A DNA stretch of 64,000 nucleotides from the human T2T-CHM13v2.0 reference genome, Homo sapiens. The notes beneath the pieces were generated by a model. It saw only the letters and a list, made by a program, of their open reading frames with translations, did no database searches and had not been told where the DNA came from. Where the stretch lies: the NCBI RefSeq assembly GCF_009914755.1, contig NC_060938.1; one strand, given 5' to 3'. This document shows positions 43,291-56,759 of this stretch, piece by piece. The first letter of the stretch is position 1; each line of letters begins with the position of its first letter. Position numbers and translations under genes: made by a program.

Positions 43291-44393
43291 AATGTGGAAA
43301 ATTCCATATGCCTTTGGACATCCTTCTTCAACCAGAGAACTCTTTTTTAAAAAATCTATATGCCAGGTATAAATACCACCCCCGCCTCCCACATGCAGAT
43401 ATCAGCACAAAATATCACACTTAGAAAATAAAATTTTAAAACGTCAAATCAGATCCGGCTCTGAGTTGCTCTCATAAAAGTTTCTGAAAAGCCTAATATC
43501 TAACACTGGAGGATTCCCTCCCACCTCCTTCAGTTAAACCAGAAACCCCAAAGCTTACTCAGACCCTAAAATTGGGAGAGAGATCTGCACTCTCCTCTGT
43601 GGTACCTGTGTTCACTATTCTCATCCTCAGTGGCTGTTTGTGGGAACAGAGTCCAGCCATCCTCCACTCCAGGACACCCTAAATCAGCCCCTTTCCAAGC
43701 TCAAGACCACTCCATGCCCCTTCTCAAAGCTCAGAAATAGGCTATTTCTTTTATGAGAAGAATCAGCTTAGTCATGAAAAACACAAAGTTATTAAATCTC
43801 TTTGAGGCAAGAGAGCCTCCAACTTGGAACTGAAAGCCTGGCTGCCCATCCTATTGGTGTAAGGATGGACAAATTCCTTTTCACTTTTCCTGAAGAGTCC
43901 TCAGCAGTCGAAGAAGCCAGACATCAATTAATTTCTCAAACACTCCTTCAGTCACATCTGTATTACCCACCGAACTTCTTTGAACAAAGTATATTGTAGC
44001 AAAAAATAGAATGGTTGAAACTGGGGCCCACTGTTTGCATCTTACAGATGAGAGTCAGAGATGAAGAATTACTCCCAAGGTCTCTGAGCTACCAGAGAAG
44101 CTCATCAGTCCCAAGTGTTGCCAGATTCTAGGCTCAAAAACCCAACAATTACTAGATACTGGTTTCTAAAGGTCAATCCCACTAAAAGAAACCAAGGCTC
44201 CTTGGAAGAATGACTGGTCCCTAGGTGGAGACAGAAAAAGTATGACATGGGCCTATAACATCTAATTGTGTCTGAGAAGTAAGTAAGTGCTCAAAAAGAA
44301 AAATGATGGGAGCATATAAAAAGGACACAGAACCCAACTTGAATCGATTTGAATGGCCAGATTTGACAATGTGAGCATTAGAATAATGATTCT

Positions 44394-44739
44394 TGTTGCG
44401 ATCTCAATTGTGTCCCCAAATACTTATGTTGAAGCCCTAATCCCCAAGATGATAGCATTTGGAGACGGGGCCTTTGGGAGGTGATTTGGTTTAGATGAGG
44501 TCATGAGGGTAGGGCCATCGTGATGGGGTTAGTGCCCTTGAAGAACAGACACACCAGAGAGCTTGCTACCTCTTTCTCCACCACATCAAGACACAGTGGA
44601 TGGTGTCACCTGCAACCCAACCATGCTGGCGCCTTGATACTGAACTTTCAGTCTCTAGAACTGGGAGAAAATTAATTTCTGATGTTTAAGCCACCCAGTC
44701 TATGGTATTGTATTATGGCATTGCTAGCAGACTAAGACA
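44394..44739 (+). mobile_element. MLT1A/A0-like LTR
   Basis: ggggcctttgggaggtgatt...tttaagccacccagtctatggtattg...gactaagaca. Confidence 0.75.
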
Positions 44740-46569
44740 ATAGTAAGACTGTAGTTCATTGAATAAAATAAGAATCCAAGAGTTCATACAGATAGGAAAG
44801 GAAACCTTTTTTTTCTCCCTTGGTCCAGAGAGAGTATTTCTAGACTCTTCTTGGAATATGTCCATCCCTGGTAGATTGTGAGATGTAATCACTGATAGTT
44901 CTAAAGTAACCTCCAAGGTTGAGAAGCTGGGAGATGGAGAAGTTGTCAACCTGACCTAACCACTCTGTGTGACTGTTGGCAAGGTTTTCAGAAGAAAAGC
45001 AGAGTTTTTAGAGCAAAAAAAGGCCAGGGTGGGTGTGAGGCAGGCAAAAACAATAGATGTCAACTACATCCTGCCCTCTGACTGTCCAACTTCCATATAC
45101 CAGTCTTCCGACACCCTCAAAAATGCCTGCACCTAACAGAATGCAACAAAACATGTTCAACCAAACACTGCCCTCTCTCCTACCCCAAAGAGAGACAACC
45201 TAAAGTCATGTTCATATCCATATCCAATTCCACAAAATGGGCAAATTTCACTAATCTCCATTAGATCTGAACGTAGTTTCTCGAGGTTCAGCAACCTACA
45301 ACTGAACTCCTCCCCCACTCAGCCTATCTCTTGTACAACAGTGGAGAGAGAATAAAAAAGAAAAATTGCAAGAAAAATCCCTTTGGGAAAAGAGGAAACA
45401 ACATAAGACTGTCACTTCACATTATTTAGCTTATGCATAGCCTCTAGGAGTTCCTCCTGGCAATGGATGAGTTCCTTGCTTAGCCATGTTTGGTTGCCCC
45501 TGTTTCTGCTCTCTGGGGAGATCCCCCTCAGCTGCTCACCTTTACTGCTGGATCATGAAGGTTGCTCCTTTGACAGTTACATGTCTTTGGCAATCCAATT
45601 CTTGTTGGTGTAGGCTCAAAACTTCATCATTGTCTTGGGGGTTGAGTAAATCAGGCTTTTAATTCCCATGATTGGGATTTCTCTAGAAGTCCAGTAAATT
45701 GCAAACTCATTAAGATTCTGGTCTATTATGTCTGGACAACTCCATGGACCAGCACCCAAAGCTAGAAGTCTGTTTGAAGTCTAGTCTTTGCCTGCAGGTT
45801 GTGCACAGCTTGGGAAATTCTACAGATTAGAAGCAGGCCTCCCTCTGTTCCCTCTCAACCCCAATCATCCCTCAACAATGTGGCCACCACCTTGTTTAGG
45901 CAACCTAACAAACAAAGTGTAGAGAGGTGAACTTTCTCACCTGCTCTGTGCCCAGGCTAAATCCCAGTGATGTCTTTTTCTGGAGCAAATCTTACCCTGG
46001 TGGTTGGCACACATGGGACATGAGATTGATACTTGGAGGGGTTGGAGTGTGAAGTGGATGTCATGCTTTTCCAGGATCCTACATGTCTTGCTCTGTTTCT
46101 TTCCCCCAAATTAACCTGATTAAGGAATAGAGCTGGTTTTTCTAATTCTGTAAGGAGAAAGATTATCTGACTGTTGGTCAACTTCGATTATTGGCCAGAG
46201 ACCAAATAAAGCCTCTTGTAGGAAAGCCAGATTTTATTCTTTCTCACCACTTGGATGTGCCAGCTCCCATCAAAGCTCATCTCTTTCTTGTAAGGATTTA
46301 CTGAAGTCTGTAAGAAGCAGCCAGCATGCTCCAAGATCCTTTTTCCTGCCATATCTCTTAAAGTTCAATACCAGTCAGCACGGGGCCCCAGCACGGGGCC
46401 CCAGGACACGCAAGCAACTCTCAGCCAGCTAATTTGCTCCTGCATAACAGGGAAGGCCAACTTCTCACCTGCAGTTAGAGAAATCCTCGTCACTCTCGCA
46501 CTAGTCCCATTCAGCTGATCCTTCATTCCAGGTTCTATCACTTGCAACACCCCACTTCTGCTACCAACT

Positions 46570-47035
46570 TTAACACTGAGTAAGAGCTTTTGGTTGCAGG
46601 AGACAAAAACTCTAATTTATTTTTTCTGGTAACTGAAAAGTCCAGGGGTAGATACGCCTTCAGGCCCCAAAGGATCCAGATGCTCAAATGCTGTTATTGG
46701 AAACTCTCTCTTCATCTCTCAGCTCTGCTTCCCTACAGGTTGGCTTTGGTAGGAAGACGGCTGCTAGCAGTTTCCCATTTATAGCCTATCAGGTCAGCAA
46801 CTTCTCAGGCAGACCGTTTCTCTTTCCAGTCAAAACTCCAAGGCTCACTCTCATTGGACCACCTTGGGATCATGTGTCCTCCCCTGAGTAAAATCATCCA
46901 TGGTGATGGAGAATAGGATTAGCCCCAGCTAAACCCCTTGGACAGAGAGTCGTTGACAGGGAAAACTGGAGCACAGTAACCAGAGGAGGGAGAATGAAGA
47001 CTGGACAGGCACAAACAACACATGCCCACTATAAG
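46570..47035 (-). mobile_element. Old MLT1 (K/L-like) LTR, with probable internal sequence to its left
   Basis: tttggttgcaggagacaaaaactc start. Adjacent ccacttctgctaccaa is the reverse of a MaLR internal start. Confidence 0.5.
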
Positions 47036-47354
47036 GTGCCAGGCTTACATGGTAGCTGTACTTGGAGAGCACAAAAAGGGAGGGAATGAACACTTTTGGA
47101 ACATCTACTATGTGTCTTTCTTCTGCTTATTTTTTCAACATAAAATTTTTAGCACCTATTATTACAAATAATAGTAACAGCTAATTCATATATATCCTTT
47201 TTGTTTACTTGGCTTTACACTATTAATTCATTTAATTCTCACAAATCCACAAAGTGAGAACTATAATTATCATCCTAATTTTACAGAAAACTGAAGCACA
47301 GAGCATAAGCAAATTGTTCAAGATTAGACACCATGAGTTGTAGAGTTTAATATC

Positions 47355-47790
47355 TCTTTTCATTTCCTGGGGCTACTGCAACCAAGTATCACAAACTGGG
47401 TGGCTGAAAACAATAGAAATTTGTTCTCCACACTTCTGAAGGCCTGAAGCCCCCAATCATGATGTCAGCAGGGCTGTGCTTCCCCAAGAATCTGAGTGGA
47501 ACCCTTCCTTGCCTCTTCCCTGCTTTCGGTGGTGGCCGGCTGGCCTTGGCATTCCTTGGCTTACAGTGGCATCGGTTCCCTCTCTGCTTTCATCAGCATG
47601 CGTTGTTCTTCCTGTGAGTCTCTGTGTCTCTTCTCCTCTTCTTATAAGTCATTAATCATATGAGATTAGGGCTCACCTTAATGATCTATGTTAACTTGGT
47701 AACCTCTGCAAGATCCTACTTCCAATAAAGTCACATTCAACAGGTTCTAGGGGTTTGGACTTCAACGTATCGTTTTGGGACATGCATAAC
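47355..47790 (-). mobile_element. MLT1C/D-like LTR inserted in a MIR
   Basis: cacaaactgggtggctgaaaacaatagaaattt...aagtcacattc...ggacttcaacgtatc. Confidence 0.75.
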
Positions 47791-49493
47791 AGCACCTAGG
47801 CCAGACTGGTTCCAAATCCTTGCTCACCTCTAGCCCCAGTCCAAGAGACAGCTACTGGGTCCCAGTGGTGAGGAAGCCAGGAGCCTATCTTCCAGGGACT
47901 TTCAGGGTGTAGGGAGATGTATCTGGTATGGTAAGCAATGAGTGCTCCAAGGAGGGTGGGCACAGAAACCGAGTACCCACTGAGCCCCAGCAGGTTCTGA
48001 AGGAAGGGATGTCTTCACGGAGCCATGAAGGAGGAGGAGGATGCAGCAGAAGGAGAAGGAGATGGGAGAAATATGCTCTAGGAGGAAGGGACGCCATGGG
48101 CAAAGGCTGAGGGTGCAGAGGGAACATGGCTTGTTTAGAGAGGACAAATTAGTTCAAAGAGATGGCAAAGAGAGAAATGAAAAAGAGGAGTTAAGAGGCC
48201 GGAGGGAGGGCAGAACTGGAAGGGTTGGGGCAGCCATGCTGAGGAGCTCAGACATCAAGATGTCAGGATATCATGTCCTAGGTGATGTGAGGAGCATCAC
48301 AGGGCAAGTGAGGGGCTCAAACAGAGGCACTGAGATTACAGTCCAGTCCTGGCTGTCCTGTGAGGTCAGTGGTATTAGCTCCATTTTATGCAATGTAGAA
48401 AGAAACAGAGGCTCCTGAGATTAAGTTGCTAGGTCTGGGCAGAGGCAGGATCTGGGCCGAGCTCTCGCCCTGCAAGGTTCCCAAGGGACTCAACTTACTC
48501 CAGGAAGCAGTGGGACATGAGGCAGTGGCAATCGCCAGCCCAGATGCTGAGTTCAAGGCCTGTCCTTCCAATCATGAGCTAGGTGACATTAGGAAAGTTG
48601 CTCCTCCTCTCCGAATGCAGACACCTTCCCCTGGCCTGGGCTGCCTTGCAGGGCTGCTCTGGGAAGTAAACTATGTGATGGGTGCTAAGGGGCTGGGAAA
48701 ATCAACATGCAGGGAGACAGGAGCAGGCTGGAGACCACGTGATCACTGTCGTCATTATTGTTGTTGTTCTGCAAGATGATGGGATGTGGCTGCCCTGGGC
48801 AGGCAGAGCTGCAGGAAGAAGTATCTTACAATTTGCTTCCTGCATCACCACCCTGCCACCCTCCCCAGCAGAGCTGCATGTTCCCCCATTATTTCCTCCC
48901 AGTGCATCAGGCACTTTAATTAAAACGAGTTCACCAGACTCTTTGAAGGTGCAGCCAACAAAGGAAACAAAAACAGCAATTGCCTTCTGGGGATGGCGCC
49001 TGAAGATTTGCAAGTTTCCTGTGAAGAAAAGCAAGTGTGGGTGGCATGGAAGGATTTAGCTGGGGCTTTGGGGAGGAGACACTTTCCTCTTGGCATGTGG
49101 GAGAAGCTGGCAGGCATGCAGCAGGGGTTGGGATTGGGATTTCTGAGGGGGATGTGGGATTCCTGAGGGTGAGCATTCACATCCCAGCTCCCAGTAAAGG
49201 TGTTGGGTCCAGGCCTGGGATGCCAGGGTAGAGGGGGCTGTCATCTTCCTTAGAGAGCAAAACGAGCATGGCTGCATTTGAAATGGCTCTCTTTTGTCTG
49301 CTTGGGAAACGAGGGCTTTATTCTGTTAGAATTGCCTGTGCTGGCTCCCTTGCTGGAGCACTTTGTCTGTTCCCTCTGCTTACGTGTCCCAAACCAGTCA
49401 TCCTCGAGGACCACAAAGCCAGCCTAGCCCCCTCCAGCTCTCCTGCACCCTAGCTCAGCCTCAAAGATGAGCTGTGCTGTGAATGGACTATGC

Positions 49494-49789
49494 CAGTGCT
49501 TGTCAACAGAAACAGAATGCAAGCCATCTGTACAATGTAAAATGTTCTAGTTGCCACTTTAAAAACATTGAAAAGAAATGGGTGAAATTAATTTTAATTA
49601 TATTCCCTTTAGCCCATTATATCCAAAGTATTGTCATGTCAACATGTAATTAATATTAAAAATCATTAATTTTTTTAGACTAGGTCTTAGAAGTCGTGTA
49701 TTTTACACTTACATCTCAGCTTGGACTTGCCGTGTCTCAAGGGCTGAGTAGCCGCATGTGGCTGATGGCCACCATATTGGACACTGCAG
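49494..49789. mobile_element. MER33 hAT-Charlie MITE
   Basis: cagtgcttgtcaacagaaac...gtagccgcatgtggctgatggccaccatattggacactgcag termini. Confidence 0.75.
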
Positions 49790-51189
49790 TCTGCACTTTG
49801 TTTTAATGCTGGGTGTGGCCTTGTTTCCATTTATCAACTTGGTTCATTTTCCTCCTGTGGAACTGTGGTCCAGGAAGGTATATTCACCCCCGGGGACCCC
49901 GGCACAATGCCTGGCTCTTGGTAGGAGCTTAGTAATTGCTTTGGAGTAAATGAATGATTGCATGTGAGGGTTCCTCTGCTCTCACATTAAGAAATCATGC
50001 TAGAAAATGTGGACATTTAATTCTCCAAGGGTAGCAATGGCCAGGGCATCCTGCTCCTAGTGCCCTTTTCTTTCCCAAGCTGCAGAAACCCGGCAACAGT
50101 GAGGAAACTGGGGCCAACAGGTGAGCTTCTGTCCATCTGAAAATCACTCATTATAACTCTCAGCCCTGATGGGTGTGCATGGACAAAGGAAAGCAAGTGG
50201 GGCCATTGAGGTGGGCAGAGGGAGATGTTTATTTTCTGCATTCTTCTGCCTACTTTCATCCATCCACTTACCCAGCCATAGATGCTTATGAGCTCATTAG
50301 TTTATTCATTGGTGAAGCATTCTCAGAGCACTCCATTTAAGCCCAGCGTCTCCAGGTGCTGGCATGTTTCGTGGATAAAGAAAAAGCCATCCTGCCTCTT
50401 TCTCTGTAATCCTCTGGTGCACTTGTTCTAGCAGAATATTTGTTAAAACTAGAACAAACATAAGCACATGAGCAATTCCTGCACACATAACCTTCCTTCT
50501 ATACTTCTACTGATAGAGTGCCTACTCTGTGCCAGGTATGGCGCTGGGCACTCTTACCACCATTTCATTCAGCCCTCCACTTTTACAGATGAAAAAGCTT
50601 GGCTCAGAAAGGCTAAGTCGCTTGCCTGATGTCATCAGCTACCAGGGTCAGAGCCAAGATGCAAACCTGATTCTTCAGCCTCCCAAATAGGCAACTTTTG
50701 GCCATACTTCAGCTGCTTGTCACTGCTGTTGAAACTCTGCCACTCTGGCCACCCCTTCCAGGCACACAGTGTTCAGCACATCGTAGGTGTTCAGGAAACA
50801 CGTATTGGATAGATGAATGGAATACCTGCTGAATAAAAGAATGAATAGGTGAAGGAATAGATTAATTCTTCCTCACTTTATAATTCTTTCTGTTTTTGCA
50901 TTGGTCTGACTAAAATATAGATACAATAGCATAGAAGACATTGGGACTTTAGACTCATCTGGGTCTGGATTCAAATCCTGGATTTGCCCATATTTGCTCA
51001 GTGACCCGAGCAAGTTAACCTTTCTGAACCTCCATTTTTTGTAGTTTACTGTCCATCTTGTGTGTGGCATAGTGTGATATGCTCAGTAAATTCTTATTAA
51101 ATTTGAATTGATTTAAATTGAATCAAATTGAGTTGAATTGCAATTTCATAGCAGAGTCCTAGGGAGCCCTAGAAAAGAGAAGGCTTAAT

Positions 51190-51355
51190 TTGGATTGGGA
51201 GAAAGATGAGTGGGCATCAGACTCACCTGGAAAACCTGTAAGATCCATATTACACAGCCCCCCTTCCGGAGAACCTGGTTCAGGAGAAATCTGTGTTTTA
51301 ACAAGGTCCCCTGGTGATCCAGATATTCAGATACTAGGGTCCAGGGATCACCTTT
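51190..51355. mobile_element. MER5A-like fragment
   Basis: gcatcagactcacctgg...aatctgtgttttaacaag...ctggtgatcc. Confidence 0.55.
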
Positions 51356-52357
51356 TCCAAAGTGCAGGTGGGTGGGACACCCTGTAGAGAGTGGTCAGGG
51401 AAAAAAAATGTGTCTTACTGAGTGAGTGGACACAGAAGGGAGTGTTGGGGCCAGGCCTCGAAGGACAGCAGGATTTCCTGTGCATGTTGCCATCCCTGCT
51501 GGCCTCAACTGCTTCTGCCTGTTAGAAAAGGGTGGGCCATGGGCCATGTCCACCCCCTGTGATGTGCCTTCAATAATGTATGAGATCACTCAGCGAGAAG
51601 CTCATGAATTCTTAAACCCTTTTAAGGGCTTCCCAGGGAGGCCAGTCGTCCACCCCAAGGCCTCTGTGGACCCCTGCCTTCTTCATCTGGGCCCCAGATG
51701 AGGCATAGTGACAAGGTCCTGCCCCCCTGCTATGGCCTTAAGGCTAAGAGCCTTTTAAGGAACGGAATGTTCCTTCTCACAGATCCCAAGTTCTCTGCAC
51801 ACATGAATTATGTATCTAGCACTTGGCGTAACAGCACTCTGGAAACTGTTCCAGGATCCCAAAGGTGCAGTCCCCGACTCCATCCCCGCACCACACTGCC
51901 CAAGAGCATGCAGGTGGCCCGGCCCGAGACTCAGCTCCAGGTCCCCCTCCTCTCACCTCCAGCCCTCACCAGCTCTGTGTGGCTGAGTTAAGTCACCTCG
52001 CTGCTCCTGGTCTCAGAGCGGGATAATTAGGTGTCCTTGCCTGACTGCTGTGAGCATGGGAGAAGAGGATATGGAGGAGGCTGCCGGTTCAGCTCCTCGT
52101 GCAGATCAAGAGCTGCCAACACAGAAGCTGGTGCTGTTTTCCCTGTTACTCTTGACAGTTCTCCCGACACCTCCGTATCCCCAGGGAGTGGACACTTGTC
52201 CCATGATGAGTGTCTGTCACGCAGTGGGCTGTGTTACAGGAGGGCAACACAGAGCCTCAAGGATTCAGCGCTTTGAAGGTGAGCAGTGAGCGAGTCTGCT
52301 CTGTGTCCACGGGGAGATGTGACCCCACTCTCTCCAGGTGCTCATTAAAAACAGAAT

Positions 52358-52912
<555 letters not shown>

Positions 52913-53789
52913 CAATCCTGAAAAGTAGCCCAGGAAAAGAGTCACTAGAACCTTGCCTTCTTGCCATCACCTGTAACACCCTACAGGGGATGATCAGGGC
53001 CCATCTCAGGTGGCTTCTCCCAACAAGTAAATAATTTTAAAGTGGAGAAATGCTATGGAAAACACAAAATATTGTGCTATGATAGAAAGTGGTCAATTAC
53101 TTAAGCTAGGGTGATCAGGGAGGGCCTCCTGGAGGAGGTGGCTTTTGAAATGAAATCTGAGCCATCAGAAGAAGGATCTAGAGAGAATCCCAAGCAAAAG
53201 GAATAGAAAAGACTAATTCCCTAGGGAGAAAGACACTTTGCATGGTGTGCTCCTGGGACAGAAAGAAGCCTCCTATGCTGGAGTACAGTGAACTCGAGGG
53301 TTGGTGGGCTGAGAATGGGTATAAGGAAGAGAAGAGATGAGGATGACTTTGCTAATTCCCCCAAAGACCCTTCTGGGGGAATTAGCAAAGCATCCCTTCC
53401 TCTGGGCAGACACATCCCCTTATCTGGGCATAGCTTCCATGAGGGCAGCATGAATTTTAGGCCCTCCCTACTTCTCCACCAGGTGCCCTTGTGCAGTGCA
53501 CAACTTTCAGAATCATACATGGAAGACTTGGGTAGTTCCATTCATTACCTGCCTGTGATGGAGCCAGGTGGGTGGGGAAATCAGCTCAGTTCTGGCCAGG
53601 CTAAATGTGAGATGCCATCAGCCACTCAGGAAACGGTGCTGAGGAGACAGTGGAATGTGCCCCTGAAGCTCACAACAGAGGTCTGGGTGTCCTTAGTGGG
53701 TCTTTTTATATGCCTGGATGAGGTCACTCACTCAGAGCATGTAGGGTGATCTTTCTAATGTGTATATCTGCCTGGGAGGTGCTTACCAG

Positions 53790-53932
53790 ATAGTGGGTGA
53801 TGCCAGCAAGGAGCCAAGGAATCAATATTTAAGGAGGCACTCACTGTCAGGCTCCCGCCAATGTAGGGTTTGTGCCTGAGAGTGAGTGGAACCTTAAATT
53901 TTGTGTCTCCTTAAGTCTAGCCCCAGTCCTGG
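53790..53932. mobile_element. MER53-like palindromic MITE
   Basis: atttaaggaggcactcactgtcagg ... cctgagagtgagtggaaccttaaatt internal inverted repeat. Confidence 0.7.
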
Positions 53933-55916
53933 GTAACTGAACAGATAGGATGGTGCTTACAACAATAGTGCTGGTATAATTGCATATCCCTTTAGGGAAA
54001 AAAAGAACCTTAACCTTTCATTCAGACCATACATAAAAACAAAAATAGATTAGAACCCTAGGCATAAATGCTATAACTATAACACTTTTAGGGAAAAAAG
54101 GAGAAGCATCTTCGTGGCCTTGAGGCAGGCAAAGATTCCTTAAATAGGACACAAAAAGCATGGACCATGAAAGATAAAAAAAAAAAATCAATAGGATTTT
54201 TATCAAAACTAAGAACTTTGAAAAACACTGCTAAGAAAATGAAGAAAAAAGACACGGACTGACGTAGCTAAATGTTGATGAGGAAGTGATGAAAAAGAAA
54301 CCCTTGCACACTGTTAGTGGGAATGTTGACTGGTGCAGCCATTATGGAAAAAATATAGATTCTTTTAAAAATTAAAAATAGAACTGCCACATAACCCAGC
54401 AATCTCTCTTCTAGGTATATATAGAAAGGAAATGAAATCACCACATCGCAAAGATACCTACACGCCCACATTCATTACAGCACCATTTATATAGCCAAGA
54501 TATGGAAACAAACTACAAATAAATGGATAAAGACATCGTGTGTGTGTGCGCGCACATATATAATGGAATATTATTCCGCTTTAAAAAAGAAAGAAACCCT
54601 ACTATTTGCGACAGCATGGACAAAACTAAAAGACATTATGCTAAGTGAAATAAGCCAGACACAGAAAGAAAAATACTGTATGATCTCTCTTACATACGTA
54701 AACTTTTAAATGAGCACGTAGAAACCTAGTAGAACAAGGATTACCAGGCACAGAGCTTGGAAATGGGAACCTGTAGATCAAAGGGTGCAAAGTTACACTT
54801 ATGCAGCATGAGGAAGTCTAGAGATCTGACGGCAAGAGGACTGTGGCTCATCATATCATATTGTATGCTGGACATTTGCCAAAAGAGTAGATTTTAGTTA
54901 CTTTTACCATAAAGAAAGCACAACAGAAAGAAAGAAAAGAAAAGGTAACTCTATGGGATGATGAGTGTGAATTTGCTTGACTGCAGTAATCGTTTCACTA
55001 TATATGTGTATATGAAGATAAATATATCAAAACAGCATGTCGTACACTCAAATGTATACAGTTAAGAAGCCAGAAACAATGAAATTAATAAATAAAAAAA
55101 ATTTTAAATGAAAAAATACCATGGATTGAGAGAAAATATTGCAGTGTATGTATTTGACATAGGACTTGCACTCTTACAACTCAATAATAAAAAACATAAT
55201 AAAAAGACAAGTGATCCAACTTTTAAAAAATAGGTGAAAGATAAGAAAATAAAAGAATGGCCAATAAGCACATGATTCGATGCTCAGCATCATCTGTCAT
55301 CAGAGAAATGCAAATGTAAGCCAAAATAAAATACTGGTTTACACCCATTAGAATGGCTAAATTGAAAGCAATGAAAATACCAAGTGTGGCAGAGAATGTG
55401 GGGCAACTGGAATTCTCATACACGGCTGGTGGGAATGTAAAATGTACAAACACTTTGTGAAACTGTTTGGCAGTTTCTTATAAACAAACAACTAAGCAAA
55501 CAAAATATCCATATAAATTCTGACACACAAATGTTCATCGGTGCTTTGTTCATAATAGCCAAATACTTGGAAACAACCAAAATGCCCATCCACAGGAGAA
55601 TTAATAAATGAGCTGTGTTATATGCACACATCAGAAAACTATTCAGCAGTAAAAATGGAACTACTGATACAGGCAACAATGTGGGTGATTCTCAAAAATA
55701 TCATGCTGAACAAAAAAGTCAGACGAAGAAAAGAGTGCAGTTGTACTATTGCATCTATAGACATTCTACAAAAAAGGATATACCAATGGCAAATAAGGAT
55801 CTGAAAAGATGTTCAACATTGTTAGCCTTTTCTTAGGAAAATACAAAGTAAAACCACAATGAGATATCATGTCACACCTACCATAATGGCTAAAATAAAA
55901 AAAAAAGGACAATGCC

Positions 55917-56759
55917 CATATTAGTCAAAGTTCTCCAGAGAAACAGAACTAGTAGGACATTCCTAGAGATATATAAGAGGAGGTTTATTATGAAGAGTTG
56001 GCCAAGAAGTCCCAGAATCTACCATCTGCAAGCTGGAGACCCAGGAGAGCTGGTGGTGTAATTCAGTCCAAATCAGAAGGCCTGACAATCAGAGGAGGCC
56101 ATGGTGCATATCTAAATCCCAGTCTGAGAGCAGGACAAGACAAGATGAGATGTCCCAGCTCAGGCAGTGAGGTAAGAAAAAAAAAAGAAAAAGAGAATGC
56201 TGCCCTCTTCCAGATTTTTGTTCTATACAGGCCCTCAATAACTGAATGACACTGATATGCTTTGGCTGTGTCCCAACCCAAATCTCACCTTGAATTGTAA
56301 TAATCTCCAGTGTCAAGGGCAGGGCTATATGGAGATAATTGAATCATGGGGGTGGTTCCCCCATACTGTTCTCATGGTAGTGATTAAGTCTCACGTGATC
56401 TGATGATTTTCCAAATGGGAAGTTCCCCTGCACAAGCTCTCTTGCCTGCCGCCTTGTAAGACGTGACTTTGCTTCTCCTTTGCCTTCTGCCATGATTGTG
56501 AGGCCTCCTCAGTCATGTGGAACTGTGAGTTCATTAAACCTCTTTCCTTTGTAAATTACCCAGTCTCAGGTATGTCTTTATTAGCAGCGTGAGAACAGAC
56601 TAATACAGATACCCACCCTCCTTGGGGAGGCCAATTTACTGTACTGAGTCCACTGATTCAAATGCTTACCTTATCCAGAAACACCTTCAGGGACACACCC
56701 ATAAATAATGTTTTATCTGGGCACCCGATAGAAACTGATTCATAAAATTAACTATCACA
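55917..56759 (-). mobile_element. MLT2 LTR split by THE1
   Basis: attagtcaaagttctccagagaaacagaac start and cataaaattaactatcaca end. Confidence 0.8.
56253..56607 (+). mobile_element. THE1B/C-like solo LTR
   Basis: tgatatgctttggctgtgtccc...gcgtgagaacagactaataca. 5-bp TSD gacac/gatac. Confidence 0.88.

Noticed and set aside
46376-46404. 13-bp tandem duplication cagcacggggccc
   Set aside because: Simple slippage duplication with no functional cue.
51100-51146. (TTGAA)-like pentamer run resembling satellite II/III
   Set aside because: Under 50 bp and adjoining a MIR/L2-type tail, so a simple repeat.
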